This document shows positions 1-13,200 of a stretch of DNA of 64,000 nucleotides, one piece after another. The stretch covers positions 214,086,001-214,150,000 of the forward strand of contig OZ024740.1 of NCBI GenBank assembly GCA_964016885.1, in the 5' to 3' direction. Under the pieces are notes generated by a model, which saw only the letters and a program-made list of their open reading frames with translations, had not been told where the DNA came from and did no database searches. Origin of the DNA: Eledone cirrhosa. Lineage: Eukaryota. The translations under genes were made by a program, and so were the position numbers. How positions within the stretch are numbered: the first letter of the stretch is position 1; each line of letters starts with the position of its first letter.

Positions 1-282
1 GTGCAAAGATGGCCCGAGTGGTTGGGCCTTCTCTCTATATAAGCCTGTAGGTTGAGGAAAAAGAGGAAGAGAGGAAGGGAGTACTCACTCTTGGTGCTCC
101 TGGAGATGAGGGTTGTACATTTTTTCGGGGTGTGTACAACCCCTGTGTAACGCCTCCCCCCTATTGGGGATTTTAACTGTTATTTATTATTTTATTAATA
201 GTTTTATTTTCATATACCTGTATGTAAACTCCCCATTTGTATTTGTCCCCTTCTTTTGTGCCCTTGTGGCTAATAAAGAAAT
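1..282 (+). mobile_element. Probable 3' end of a LINE (L1/Tx1-like): ORF tail, 3' UTR and AATAAA
   Basis: Frame AKMARVVGPSLYISL ends at TAG 48-50; hairpin gggttgtaca...tgtacaaccc (~109-142); ends gcccttgtggctAATAAAgaaat, and nearly the same terminus recurs inverted at 60131-60155. The Tx1 assignment is recalled similarity, not a search result. Confidence 0.45.
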
Positions 283-304
283 TTATCTATCTATCTACAT
301 ACCT

Positions 305-419
<115 letters not shown>

Positions 420-511
420 CTCTCTCAGTAAACAATGATTAACTCAGTATTGGGAAACTGACTTTCAAGGAAAAAAAAAGGTTAAAACAAAAACAAACTA
501 AACCAGAATAT

Positions 512-517
512 GAGAGA

Positions 518-553
<36 letters not shown>

Positions 554-716
554 GAGAGAGAGAGAGAGAGTGGTAGGGAGAGAAAAAGGTAGGGGGATGG
601 AATTGGGGTAGTAGCGAGGAGGTGGGGGAGAAAGCGAGAGAGAGAGGATGGATCAGAGAAACAGAACAGAGATTGAGAGCTTGGTAGAAAGGGAAAGGGA
701 GAGAGTGAGAGGGGGT

Positions 717-794
<78 letters not shown>

Positions 795-916
795 AAGAGA
801 GAGAGAATGAGGGAGAATTAACAACGCAGGTTAGACACGGAAATAAAATAAAAGCAATGTATAGTGGCAGATAGGGCGGTAGGTGGTGTTGGGCGTGAGA
901 ATAGCCTTAGAGGAAC

Positions 917-985
<69 letters not shown>

Positions 986-1243
986 CACGGTAGTGAGAGA
1001 GAGAGATAGAGATAGGAGAGAGAGAAGAGAGGAGAGAGAGTGAGTGAGAGGTGGGTATTCGGTAGAACATGATGAAAAAGGTGGAACGAGAGAGAAAGAG
1101 AGAGTGAGAAAGAAAGAGAGAGAGAGAGAGAGGAGAGAGAAGAAAGAGAGAGGAGAGAGAGGAAAGAGAGAGAGAGGGAGAGCGGGTTTGTATAGAAAGA
1201 GAGATTGAGGGCACGGTAGTGAGAGGAGAGAGAGAGAGAGAGA

Positions 1244-1297
<54 letters not shown>

Positions 1298-1512
1298 GGT
1301 TTGGTATAGAAAGAGATATTGAGGGCACGGTAGTGAGAGAGAGAGAGAGAGAGAGGAAAGAGAGAGAGAGAGAGAGAGAGGAAAGAGAGAGAGAGAGAGA
1401 GAAAGAAAGAGAGAGAGCGAGAGAGAGGAAAGAGAGAGAGAGAGAGCGAGCGGGGTTTGGTATAGAAAGAGAGATTGAGAGTACGGTAGTGAGAGGAGAG
1501 AGAGAGAGCGAA

Positions 1513-1578
<66 letters not shown>

Positions 1579-1604
1579 CGCGAGAGAGAGAAAGAAAGAG
1601 AGAG

Positions 1605-1641
<37 letters not shown>

Positions 1642-1650
1642 AAGAGAGAG

Positions 1651-1687
<37 letters not shown>
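512..1687. repeat. (GA)n-rich region with three embedded copies of a ~45-bp unit
   Basis: GA tracts; unit gcgggtttg(g)tatagaaagagagattgagggcacggtagtgaga at ~1182, ~1296 and ~1451. Confidence 0.9.
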
Positions 1688-1690
<3 letters not shown>

Positions 1691-1923
1691 GTCTCTGATA
1701 TGATTTGTTAGTTTTACGCTACCTTTTAGTGTATGCGGGAGAAACAAAGGTAAAAGGGTGGCGACCCCTATCGTGTCGTCTGAGATGTTACGCCACCTAC
1801 TTGGGGACTCCCTCACAACAACATTACAACAACATTCTCCCTTGCGCATCGTACAGATAAAGATCACTTTCCTTCATTGTGGATCTTGTTGAAAACCAGG
1901 TGAAATGCGGAGATACGCGCCAC

Positions 1924-2308
1924 CGTGCAGGCCTGTGTGTGCGTGTGCATAGTATGTATGTGTGTGTATGACGGTGCGACTGTGTGTGAGTGTGTGCGTG
2001 TTTATATATTGTGGTGGTGGTGGTGGTGGTAGTGTGTGTGTGTGTGTGTTTATATGGTCGTGGTGTGTGTGTATAGTCGAAACGTGCAGGCCTGTGTGTG
2101 CGTGTGCATAGTATGTATGTGTGTGTATGACGGTGCAACTGTGTGTGTATGTGTGTCTGTGTGTGTGTTTATATATGGTGGTGGTGGTGGTGTGTGTGTG
2201 TGTGTGTCTTTATATGGTGGTGGTGTGTGTGTATAGTCGAGCGTGCAGCCCTGTGTGTGCGTGTGCATAGTATGTATGTTTGTGAATGACGGCGTGACTG
2301 TGTGTGTC

Positions 2309-2340
<32 letters not shown>

Positions 2341-2720
2341 TTTATATGCTAGTGGTGATGGTGGTGTGTGTGAATGTGTGTGTATAGCTGTGCGTGCATG
2401 CGTACGTTCGGGCATGTGCATATTATGTATGCGTGTGTAAGAAGGTGTGAGTGTGTGTGTGTGTGTGTATATGGTGGTGGTGGTGTGTGTATGTGTGTGT
2501 TTATATGGTGGTGGTGGTGGTGGTGGTGGTGTGTGTGTATAGTCAAGCGTGCATGCGTGCGTGCATACATGTGCATATTATGTATGCTTGTGTAAGACGA
2601 TGTGACTGAGTGTGTATGTGTGTGTGTATGCATGTGTGTATGTGTGTGTGTATGTGTGTGTGTATGTGCGTGTGTGTGTGTGTGCGTGTGTGTATGTGTG
2701 TGTGTGTGTATGTGTGTAGC
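1924..2720. repeat. (TG)/(TGG)-derived degenerate tandem repeat, ~155-160 bp unit
   Basis: gtgcaggcctgtgtgtgcgtgtgcatagtatgtatg recurs at ~1925, ~2084 and ~2243, with more diverged copies at ~2395 and ~2549. Confidence 0.8.
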
Positions 2721-2883
2721 TAGGGCATGACTGTTCATATAAGAAAAATTGAAATGCAGTGATGGACAGATAAATAGATAGACAGACATATATATATGAT
2801 ATATATATATATATCATATATATATATCATATATATATATAAATATATCATATATATATATATATATCATAAATATATATATA

Positions 2884-2933
<50 letters not shown>

Positions 2934-2939
2934 TATAAT

Positions 2940-3070
2940 TGTTTCTACGTTAGGCACAAGGCCAGCAATTACCCAGTGTATTACTGGTACTTTATTTTAT
3001 CGACCCCGTAAGGATGAAAGGCAAAGTTAACCTCGGCGGGATTTGAACTCAGACTGTAAAGGGACGTAAC
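2940..3070 (-). mobile_element. 5'-truncated tRNA-derived SINE (Octopus-type, Meta-like domain) with apparent TSD
   Basis: Minus strand reads GAGTTCAAATCC (B box) then tttgcctttcatccttacggggtcgataaaataaagtaccagt; tatatatcagatataat flanks both sides. Confidence 0.85.
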
Positions 3071-3539
3071 TATATATATATCAGATATAATGTATATATA
3101 TATGTGTGTGTGTGTGCGCGTGCGTGTATGTAAATACATATATTTATTTGTGTGTGAGTGTGTGTATATATATATATGCGTGTGTATATATATATGTATA
3201 TACATATATATATATATATATATATACTGAGTGTGAGGTTAGGGGCGGGGGGCAAAGGAGCGAGAGAGATAGCAAGTGAGAATTTTGAGTGGGAAAGACT
3301 GGAGTTTGGATGAGAGAGAAAAAAGGATAAAAATAAAGGGCAGGAAAGGTTAAAATTGGTAAAAACAAAACAAACCCCTCCCCGTCCCCCTAATATAAGT
3401 CCCCCCACTAAAATAAGCCCCCCCCTTAAAACACCCCTCACCCTGTTAACTAAGTGCTTTTAGGACAGGGGTTCCTTTCTACAGCGTATTCCCACGAAGT
3501 TTACTTCTTTTTTTGCCGGTGTATTGACAATAAAGTGAA

Positions 3540-6042
3540 TGAGAGAGAGAGAGAGATGTTGATAGATAGAGGGATGGAGAGAGAGGGGTGGACAGAGAGT
3601 AAGAATGATAGAGAGACAGAGAGAGAGAGAGTAAGATAGATAGATAGATAGATAGATAGAAAGAGAGAGAGTAAGATAGATAGAGTAAGAGAGAGAGAGA
3701 GAGAGTAAGATAGATAGAGGGAGAGAGAGAGAGAGAGTAAGATAGATAGAGGGACTAAGAGGGAGAGACAGAGACAGACAGAGAGTAAGATAGATAGAGT
3801 AAGAGAGAGAGAGAGAGAGATAGATGTGGATAGATAGAGGGAGGGAGGGAGAGAGAGACAGAGAGTAAGATAGAGTGATAGGTGGAGAAAGAGAAGGAGG
3901 TTGAGAGGACAGAGAGAGAGTGAGAGAGAGTAAGATAGATAGAGCGAGTGAGAGAGTAAAGAGTAACATAGATAGAGAGGGGGAATGGAGAAAGTAAAAA
4001 TGAAAGTGTATTTGTGAATGTTTGAGAACGTTAAAATATTATGATGGGGTTGGGGGAAGGCTAGCAGTTGTATGTATAGATACATGTATGTGTGTGTGCG
4101 TGTCTGTGTATATGTTTATGTGTGTGTATGTATGTGTATGTTTATGTGTGTGTGTATGTGTATGTTTATGTGTATGTGTATGTTTATATGTGTGTGTATG
4201 TGTATATGTGTGTGTATGTTTATGTGTGTATGTGTGTGTGTATGTATGTGTATGTTTATGTGTGTGTGTGTATGTGTATGTTTATGTGTGTGTGTATGTG
4301 TATGTTTATGTGTGTATGTGTGTATGTTTATGTCAGTGTGTGTATGTATGTGTGTACATGTGCATGTTTGTGTGTGTGTGTGCATGTGTGTGTGTGTGCA
4401 TGTGTGTGCATAAGTGTGTGTGCGTATGTTTATGTGTGTGTGCGCATGTGTATGTGTGTGTGTGCATAAGTGTGTGTGCATGTGTGTGTGTGTGCATGTG
4501 TGTGCATAAGTGTGTGTGTGTATGTTTATGTGCGTGTGTATGTGTGTTTATGTTCATATATATCTCTCTTTTTTCTCCCTGTATGTATGTGTATGTGTGT
4601 GTGCATGTGTGTGTATGTGTGTGTGTATGTGTGTGTATGTGTGTGTGTGTATGTGTTTTTATGTGTTTATGTTCATATGTATCTCTCTCTCTTTTTTTCT
4701 CTGTGTATGTATTTGTATATATATGTGTGTGTATGTGTGTATGTGCGTGTATGTGTGTGTATGTGTGTGTATGTGTGTATGTGTGTGTGTGTGTGTTTTA
4801 TGTGTTTATGTTCATATGTATCTCTCTCTCTTTCTCTTTTTCTCTGTGTATGTATGTGTATATATATTTGTGTGTATGTGTATGTGCGTGTATGTGTGTG
4901 TATGTGTGTGTGTGTGTTTTATGTGTTTATGTTCATATGTATCTCTCTCTCTTTCTCTTTTTCTCTGTGTATGTATGTGTATATATATTTGTGTGTGTGT
5001 ATGTGCGTGTATGTGTGTGTATGTCTGTATGTGTATGTGTGTGTGTGTTTTTATGTGTTTATGTTCATATGTATCTCTCTCTCTCTCTCTTTTTTTTTCT
5101 CTGTGTATGTATGTGTATATATATATATGTGTGTGTGTGTATGTGCGTGTATGTGTGTGTATGTGTGTATGTGTGTGTGTGTGTGTGTGTGTTTTTATGT
5201 GTTTATGTTCATATGTATCTCTCTCTCTCTCGCTTTTTTTCTCTGTGTATGTATGTGTATATATATATATGTGTGTGTGTCCATGGAAATGTATGCGTTT
5301 ATGTATTTGTGTAGCTTTCAACGTATACGTTTTTGAACGCGTGCGGGCCTGTGGTTCTAGGCATGCACATCTGTATGTGTGTGTGTGTACGTGAGTTTGT
5401 ATGTGTTTGTATCTTTGTGTGTACGTGTGTTTGTGTGTACATGTGTGTGAGAAGGAAGGGGAGTGAGTTAATGCGTGTGTGTGTATGTGTGTGTGTGTTC
5501 TGAGTGAACGCGAGCTTGCACGCGTGCAAGCATGTGTGCGTACATGTGTGTATGTGTATGTGTGTACGTGGGTGTGTGTATGTGGGTGTGCCTATGTGGG
5601 TGTCTGTACGTGGGTGTGTGTATGTGGGTGTGCCTATGTGGGTGTGTGTATGTGGGTGTGCGTAGGTGAGAGATTAGAGGTGGCGGACAGAAATCTAAAA
5701 ACCGAGAGAGCGAGGGGGAGATGAGAGAGGGAGAGAAGAAGAGATGAGAGAGAAAGAGAGAGAGAGAGAGAATGAGAGAGAATGAGAGAGAAAGATTTGG
5801 AAATGAAGAGCGTGATAGACAGAGAGAGGAAGAGACCTGGTGTGTGTGAGAGAGAGGTGAGTGAGAGAGGGAGAGTAAGATTATGAGATAAATACGGAAA
5901 GGGTGAGTGAGAGAGAGAGGAAAAGAGAGAGTTAGAGCGTTAGAGAGAAAGAGCTAGAGAGAGAGTGTTAGAGAGAGAGAGAGTTAGATAGTGAGAGTTA
6001 GAGAGAGAGAGAGGGAAAGTTAGAGTGAGAGAGAGAGTTAGA

Positions 6043-6075
<33 letters not shown>

Positions 6076-6734
6076 TTAGGGAGAGTGAGAAATGGGGAGG
6101 GAGAGATAGTTAGTAGAGAGAGAGAGAGTTAGAGAGAGAGAGTTAGAGTTAGGGAGAGAGAGAGAGTTAGGGAGAGATGGTGAGCGAGTGTGAGGGTGTG
6201 ATGAAGGAGGAGGGTGAGAGAGGAAGAGAGAGTTAGAGAGAGAGAGGGAGAGAGAGAGAGAGTTAGCGAGAGATGGGGAGCCAGTGTGATGAAGGAGGAG
6301 GGTGAAGCAAGCAGCTGTGACCCGTATTTGTGAAGAGAGGTGAGGGAGTGGTGTAATGACCCCCCACCAGCAACAGACAGACCTAGAGTTCAGGCTATTT
6401 ACCTCCGTTTCCTTATTCCACAGATTAATCATACTAGGACCTGCGTCGCAGACACACCACCGCACCAACCTAAGATCCTCTGGGTGTACGTGTGTGTATG
6501 TGTGTATGTGTGTGTACGTGTGTGGGCGTGTGTGGGTGTATGTGTGTATGTGTGTGGGTGTGGGTGGGTGTGTGAATGTATGCCTGTGTGTATGTGCGTA
6601 TGTGTGCATGTGTGTGTGTATGTGTATGTTTTTGTGTGTGAATATATGCGTATTTTTGTGTGTGTATGTATGTATGTGTGTATGTGTATGCATGTGTGTG
6701 TGTGTTTGTGTGTATGTATCTATGTTCGTGAATG

Positions 6735-6826
<92 letters not shown>

Positions 6827-6926
6827 CATTCGTATGTGCTTACACGTGTATATATATATATATATGCATGCATGCGTGCATGTGTGTATGTGCGTGTGTG
6901 CGTGTACATTCTGCTTCTGGCAAACA

Positions 6927-6978
<52 letters not shown>

Positions 6979-7720
6979 CACACACGGACATATATTTATG
7001 CATAGACACATACACGTAGATGAATATATACATACGTATATGTATGGTATAGACTTTCTAGTTTTACACAAACACATACACACTAACACTGACAGGTACA
7101 CACATAAGCGGACACCTAGGTATAGACACAAACAATTATACACGCATATATACACTCATGCTCGCACACACACACGCACTTGTATACACACATGTACACA
7201 CACGTACATGTACACGCACGCACATGTACACACATGCACATGTTCACACACGCACGGTTGCACATATATACACAAATGGATTTCCACATACATACAAACC
7301 CACACAAGCAAATATACACGCATATACAAACGCGCACGCACGCACACACACACACGAACTGACGTACTGGCACAAAAAACGCGCAGGCACACATACGCAT
7401 GAGTATTAGCGTACATACGCGCACTCACGTGCAAACACACATGCACACGGACACACAAACACATGCATACATATGTATGCAAACACACATACACACACAA
7501 ACACATACTTAAACACACACAAAAATGCACATGCACACACAAACTAACACTAACAGACGCAAACGCGTACATAGACACATACGCAGACAAACACACACAT
7601 ACAAACACAGACAAACACACACATAGACACACACACTCACATAGTCACACACATAGACACATACACACACAAACACACACACAAATACACACATAGACAA
7701 ACACACACACACACACGGAA
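3540..7720. repeat. Mosaic of GATA/GA, TG/TATG, TA and CA simple repeats, including a ~125-bp composite unit (4540-5280, about 6 copies)
   Basis: Directly visible; atgtgtttatgttcatatgtatctctctct recurs periodically. A short unique island lies at ~6300-6485. Confidence 0.9.
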
Positions 7721-7789
7721 GAAGGGAGATTTCAATGTAGGAAGAACTGAATGATAAAAATCACAAATTTCAAAGTTGGTTAAGAGGAG

Positions 7790-10075
7790 ATGGTGGTGGT
7801 GGGGTGTTGTAGTGGTGGTGGTGGGGTGTTGTAGTGGTGGTGGTGGTGTAGTGGTGGTGTGGTGATGGTGGGGTGTTGTAGAGGTGGTGGTGGGGTGTTG
7901 TAGTGGTGGTGGTGGTGGGGTGTTGTAGTGGTGATGGTGGGGTGTTGCAGAGGTGGTGGTGGGGTGTTGTAGTGGTGGTGGTGGGGTGTTGTAGTGGTGA
8001 TGGTGGGGTGTTGTAGAGGTGGTGGTGGGGTGTTGTAGTGGTGGTGGTGGTGGGGTGTTGTAGTGGTGATGGTGGGGTGTTGTAGAGGTGGTGGTGGGGT
8101 GTTGTAGTGGTGGTGGTGGGGTGTTGTAGTGGTGGTCGTGGAGTGTTGTAGTAGTGGTGGTGGTGGGGTGTTGTAGAGGTGGTGGTGGGGTGTTGTAGTA
8201 GTGGTGGTGGGGTGTTGTTGTAGTGGTGGGGTGTTGTAGAGGTGGTGGTGGGGTGTTGTAGTGGTGGTGGTGTGGTGTTGTAGTGGTAGTGGGGTGTTGT
8301 AGTGGTGGTGGTGGGGGTGTTGTAGTGGTGGTGGTGGGGTGTTGTAGTGGTGGTGGTGGGGGTGTTGTAGTGGTAGTGGTGGTGGTGTAGTGATGGTGGG
8401 GTGTTGTAGTGATGGTGGGGTGCTGTAGTGGTGGTGGGGTGTTGTAGTGGTGGTATTGTAGTGGTGGTGGGGTGTTGTAGTGGTGGTGGGGTGTTGTAGT
8501 GGTAGTGTTGTAGTGGTAGTGGGGTGTTGTAGTGGTGGTGGTGGGGTGTTGTAGAGGTGGTGCTGGGGTGTTGTAGTGGTGGTGGTGGTGGTGTAGTGGT
8601 GGTGTGGTGTTGTAGTGATGGTGGGGTGTTGTAGTGGTGATGGTGGGGTGTTGTAGTGGTGTTGGGGTGTTGTAGTGGTGGTGGTGTGGTGTTGTAGAGG
8701 TGGTGGTGGGGTGTTGTAGTGGTGGTGGTGGGGTGTTGTAGTGGTGGTGGTGGGGTGTTGTAGTGATGGTGGTGGGGTGTTGTAGTGGTGGTGGTGGGGT
8801 GTTGTAGTGGTGGTGGTGGGGTGTTGTAGTGGTGGTGGTGGGGTGTTGTAGTGGTGGTGGTGGGGGTGTTGTAGTGGTAGTGGTGGTGGTGTAGTGATGG
8901 TGGGGTGTTGTAGTGGTGGTGGTGGGGTGTTGTAGTGGTGGTGGTGGGGTGTTGTAGTGGTGGTGGTGGGGTGTTGTAGAGGTGGTGGTGTGGTGTTGTA
9001 GTGATGGTGGGGTGTTGTAGTGGTGATGGTGTGGTGTTGTAGTGGTGGTGGTGGTGGGGTGTTGTAGTGGTGGTGGGGTGTTTTAGTGGTGATGGTGGGG
9101 TGTTGTAGTGGTGGTGGTGGGGTGTTGTAGAGGTGGTGGTGTGGTGTTGTAGTGATGGTGGGGTCTTGTAGTGGTGATGGTGGGGTGTTGTAGTGGTGGT
9201 GGTGGTGGTGTAGTGGTGGTGGTGTGGTGTTGTAGTGGTAGTGGGGTGTTGTAGTGGTGGTGGTGGGGGTGTTGTAGTGGTGGTGGTGGGGTGTTGTAGT
9301 GGTGGTGGTGGGGGTGTTGTAGTGGTAGTGGTGGTGGTGTAGTGATGGTGGGGTGTTGTAGTGATGGTGGGGTGCTGTAGTGGTGGTGGGGTGTTGTAGT
9401 GGTGGTGGTGGGGTGTTGTAGTGGTGGTGTTGTAGTGGTGGTGGTGGGGGTGTTGTAGTGGTAGTGCTGGTGGTGTAGTGATGGTGGGGTGTTGTAGTGA
9501 TGGTGGGGTGCTGTAGTGGTGGTGGGGTGTTGTAGTGGTGGTGGTGGGGTGTTGTAGTGGTGGTGGTGGGGGTGTTGTAGTGGTAGTGGTGGTGGTGTAG
9601 TGATGGTGGGGTGTTGTAGTGATGGTGGTGGGGTGTTGTAGTGGTGGTGGTGGGGGTGTTGTAGTGATGGTGGGGTGTTGTAGTGATGGTGGGGTGTTGT
9701 AGTGGTGGTGGTGTTGGAGGGGTGTTGTAGTGGTGGTGGTGATGTTGTAGTGGTGGTGGTGGTGTTGTAGTGGTGGTGGTGGTGTTGTAGTGGTGGTGGT
9801 GGTGTTGTAGTAGTGGTGGTGGGGTGTTGTAGTGATGGTGGGGTGTTGTAGTGATGGTGGGGTGTTGTAGTGGTGGTGGTGGTGTTGTAGTGGTGGTGGT
9901 GGGGTGTTGTAGTGGTGGTGGTGTTGTAGTGGTGGTGGTGGTGTTGTAGTGGTGTTGGTGGGGTGTTGTAGTGATGGTGGTGGGGTGTTGTAGTGGTGGT
10001 GGTGGGGTGTTGTAGTGGTGGTGGTGTTGTAGTGGTGGTGGTGGTGTTGTAGTGGTGTTGGTGGGGTGTTGTTTG
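7790..10075. repeat. G/T-rich minisatellite (GGGGTGTTGTAGTGGTGGTGGT)n with variable unit length of ~19-25 bp
   Basis: Directly visible; source of the spurious 772-aa and 342-aa H/T/P-rich ORFs. Confidence 0.95.
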
Positions 10076-10077
10076 TA

Positions 10078-10250
10078 GTTTTGGCACAAGGCCAGCAATT
10101 ATCCAGTACATTACTGGTACTTTATTTCATCGACCCCGTAAGGATGAAAGGCATAGTTAACCTCGGCGGGATTTGAACTCAGACCATAAAGGGCTGTAAC
10201 TCTATGCTGCAAAGTATGGCGTCCGACCTTCTACCTATACTGCCAATCCA
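10078..10250 (-). mobile_element. tRNA-derived SINE, near full length
   Basis: A-box-like tggcagtatagg, B box and central domain on the minus strand. Confidence 0.85.
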
Positions 10251-10251
10251 A

Positions 10252-10440
10252 ATAATGTTTCCGATTTAGGCACAAGGGCAGCAATTTCAGGGGATGGGAA
10301 AGTCTATTAAATCGTCCCGAGTATATCACTGGTACTTTATTTTATCAACCCCGTAAGGATGAAAGGCAAACCTAACATCAGCGGGATTTGAACTGAGAAC
10401 GGAAAGGGCCATAACTATGCTGCAAAGCATGGTGTGGCGA
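10252..10440 (-). mobile_element. tRNA-derived SINE, long variant, tandem to the previous copy
   Basis: Same core, with an extra segment (tcaggggatgggaaagtctattaaatcgt) near the SINE 3' end. Confidence 0.8.
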
Positions 10441-10647
10441 ATTAAAGGAAAAAAATGTGAAGAAATCGCGAATGAAAAATGTGAAGAAATCCCGGAAGAA
10501 AAATGTGAAAAATCGCGGAAGTAAAGCGTAAACAATGATGGAAGTATAATGTAGAATAATGAATGAAAAAAGTGAATTGTTTAAAGAAAATGTGAAAAAA
10601 GGAAAATGTGAAGAAAAGAAAGAAGAAACGTAAATAAAAGACGAAAG

Positions 10648-10768
10648 AATAATTGTTTCTACTTTAGGCACAAGGCCAGCAATTACCCAGTGCATTACTG
10701 GTACTTTATTTTATCGACCCCGTAAGGATGAAAGGCAAAGTCAACCTCGGCGGGATTTGAACTCAGAA
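10648..10768 (-). mobile_element. 5'-truncated tRNA-derived SINE
   Basis: Same core sequence, ending just past the B box. Confidence 0.85.
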
Positions 10769-11226
10769 TAATGTGGAGTAAAATGGAAGAAAATGGTGTA
10801 GAAAAGAAGGCTAGAAAAAAGTGAATAATGGGAAACTGTGAAGAGAATGAATGAAGATGTGAAGAAAAGATAAAAGAAAATGAGCAGAAGGAAAAATAAA
10901 ATAAAATGTGAAAAGAAGGAAAGAAAAACGCGATAAATAATAAATGGAAAAAAGCGTGGAAAAAATAAAATGAATGGTTGAATGAAAAGAAAAATTAAAT
11001 AAATAAAAATGAGATAAAATAGAAAGGAAATGGTGAAACGAGAAGAGAAAGAGTAAAAGAAAAGGAACGAAACAATAAAACAATAAAAAATGGAAAATAA
11101 AGAAGAAATGAATGTGGTGACGGAAAGATAGGGGAAATAAATATAAAAAATATAAAATGAGAAAGAAATAGAGCAAGTGGAGGAGAAAGGAGAAGGAAAG
11201 AGATAATAAATATATGAGAGAGAGAG

Positions 11227-11274
<48 letters not shown>

Positions 11275-11564
11275 AAGAGAGAGAGAAGATAGAGAATGAG
11301 AGGGAGAAACAGTGAGAATGAGAGAGAGAGAGAGAGAGAGAGAGGAAGATAGAAAATGAGAGTGAGAAAGAGTGAGAATGAGAGAGAAAGAAAAAGAAAG
11401 AGTGAAAGAGAAATAGAGAGAGAGAGAGAGAGAGAGAGGGGGGAGAGAGATAGAGATAGAGAGAGAGAGTGAAGAGATAGAGTGAGTGCGAGAGGGAAAG
11501 TGAGAAGAGAGATATTGAGGAAATATCGAAAGAATGAATGAAGGTTTGACAGAGAAAAAGAAGA

Positions 11565-12475
11565 GAAGGAAAGAGAGAAAGAGATAGATAAAATTAGAAA
11601 TGAAGGAGAAATTATAATGAAATAAAAGGAAAGAATATAAAGAAAGAAGGAAAGAGAGAAAGAAATAGAGAAAATTAAAAATGAAGGAGAAAGTATAATG
11701 AAATAAAAGGAAAGAATATAAATAAGGAAGGAAAGAGAGAAAGAGATAGAGAAAATTAGAAATGAAGGAGAAAGTATAATGAAATAAAAGGAAAGAATAT
11801 AAATAAGGAAGGAAAGAGAGAAAGAGATAGAGAAAATTAGAAATGAAGGAGAAAGTATAATGAAATAAAAGGAAAGAATATAAAGAAAGAAGGAAAGAGA
11901 GAAAGAAATAGAGAAAATTAAAAATGAAGGAGAAAGTATAATGAAATAAAAGGAAAGAATATAAATAAGGAAGGAAAGAGAGAAAGAGATAGAGAAAATT
12001 AGAAATGAAGGAGAAAGTATAATGAAATAAAAGGAAAGAATATAAATAAGGAAGGAAAGAGAGAAAGAGATAGAGAAAATTAGAAATGAAGGAGAAATTA
12101 TAATGAAATAAAAGGAAAGAATATAAAGAAAGAAGGAAAGAGAGAAAGAAATAGAGAAAATTAGAGATGGAGGAGAAAGTATAATGAAATAAAAGGAAAG
12201 AATATAAAGAAAGAAGGAAAGAGAGAAAGAAATAGAGAAAATTAGAAATGAAGGAGAAAGTATAATGAAATAAAAGGAAAGAATATAAAGAAAGAAGGAA
12301 AGAGAGAAAGAAATAGAGAAAATTAGAAATGAAGGAGAAATTATAATGAAATAAAAGGAAATAATATAAAGAAGGAAGAAAAGAGAGAAAGAGATAGAGA
12401 AAATTAGAAATGGAAGAGAAAGTATAATGAAATAAAAGGAAAGAATATAAAGAAGGAAGGAAAGAGAAAGAAAGG
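11565..12475. repeat. 81-bp purine-rich minisatellite, about 11 copies
   Basis: atgaaggaga at 11681 and 11762 (period 81); appears as a 27-aa repeat in the spurious 494-aa ORF. Confidence 0.93.
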
Positions 12476-12554
12476 ACAAAGTAAAGTAGTTATTCAGTTG
12501 AACCTCGCTTTAATTTTTACCTCATTTATAATGGCGGCTGTCGTTATGAAGTTG

Positions 12555-13020
12555 TGATGTTGTGATGTTGTTACTGTTGTAGTGGTGTTGTGATGTTGTG
12601 GTGTTGTTATTGTTGTTGTGGTGTTGTTACTGTTGTAGTGGTGTTGTTACTGTTGTTGTGATGTTGTTACTGTTGTAGTGGTGTTGTGGTGTTGTAGTGG
12701 TGTTGTTACTGTTGTAGGGGTGTTGTTACTGTTGTAGTGATGTTGTTACTGTTGTAGTGGTGTTGTGGTGTTGTTGTGATGTTGTTACTGTTGTAGTGGT
12801 GTTGTTACTGTTGTAGTGGTATTGTTACTGTTGTAGTAGTGTTGTTACTGTTGTAGTGCTATTGTTACTGTTGTAGTAGTGTTGTTACTGTTGTTGTGAT
12901 GTTGTTACTGTTGTAGTGGTGTCGTTACTGTTGTAGTGGTATTGTTACTGTGTCGTTACTGTTGTAGTGGTGTTGTTACTGTTGTAGTGGTGTTGTGGTG
13001 TTGTTACTGTTGTTGTGGAG
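12555..13020. repeat. 20-bp minisatellite (GTTGTTACTGTTGTAGTGGT)n
   Basis: 20-bp periodicity is clear at 12781-12940. Confidence 0.9.
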
Positions 13021-13162
13021 TGTAGTGATGTTTTAACCTAACGAGGGCGGGGGGGGGTATTGTTGATGTGTGTGTAGGTCTGTATGTGTGTGTCTGTGTG
13101 TGTGCCTGGATGTGTGTGTGTGTGTGGGGGGGGTAGAGGTGTATGGGTGGGGGGGGGGGGGG

Positions 13163-13200
<38 letters not shown>

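Noticed and set aside
1690-1925. Unique island with possible splice sites
   Set aside because: Stops interrupt most frames, splice signals are weak and no peptide is recognisable.
7780-10111. 772-aa and 342-aa His/Thr/Pro-rich ORFs
   Set aside because: Stop-free strand of a minisatellite, open in several frames, with starts inside a SINE.
10995-12479. 494-aa hydrophobic repeat ORF
   Set aside because: Pyrimidine strand of the 81-bp minisatellite and GA repeats; no splice or domain evidence.
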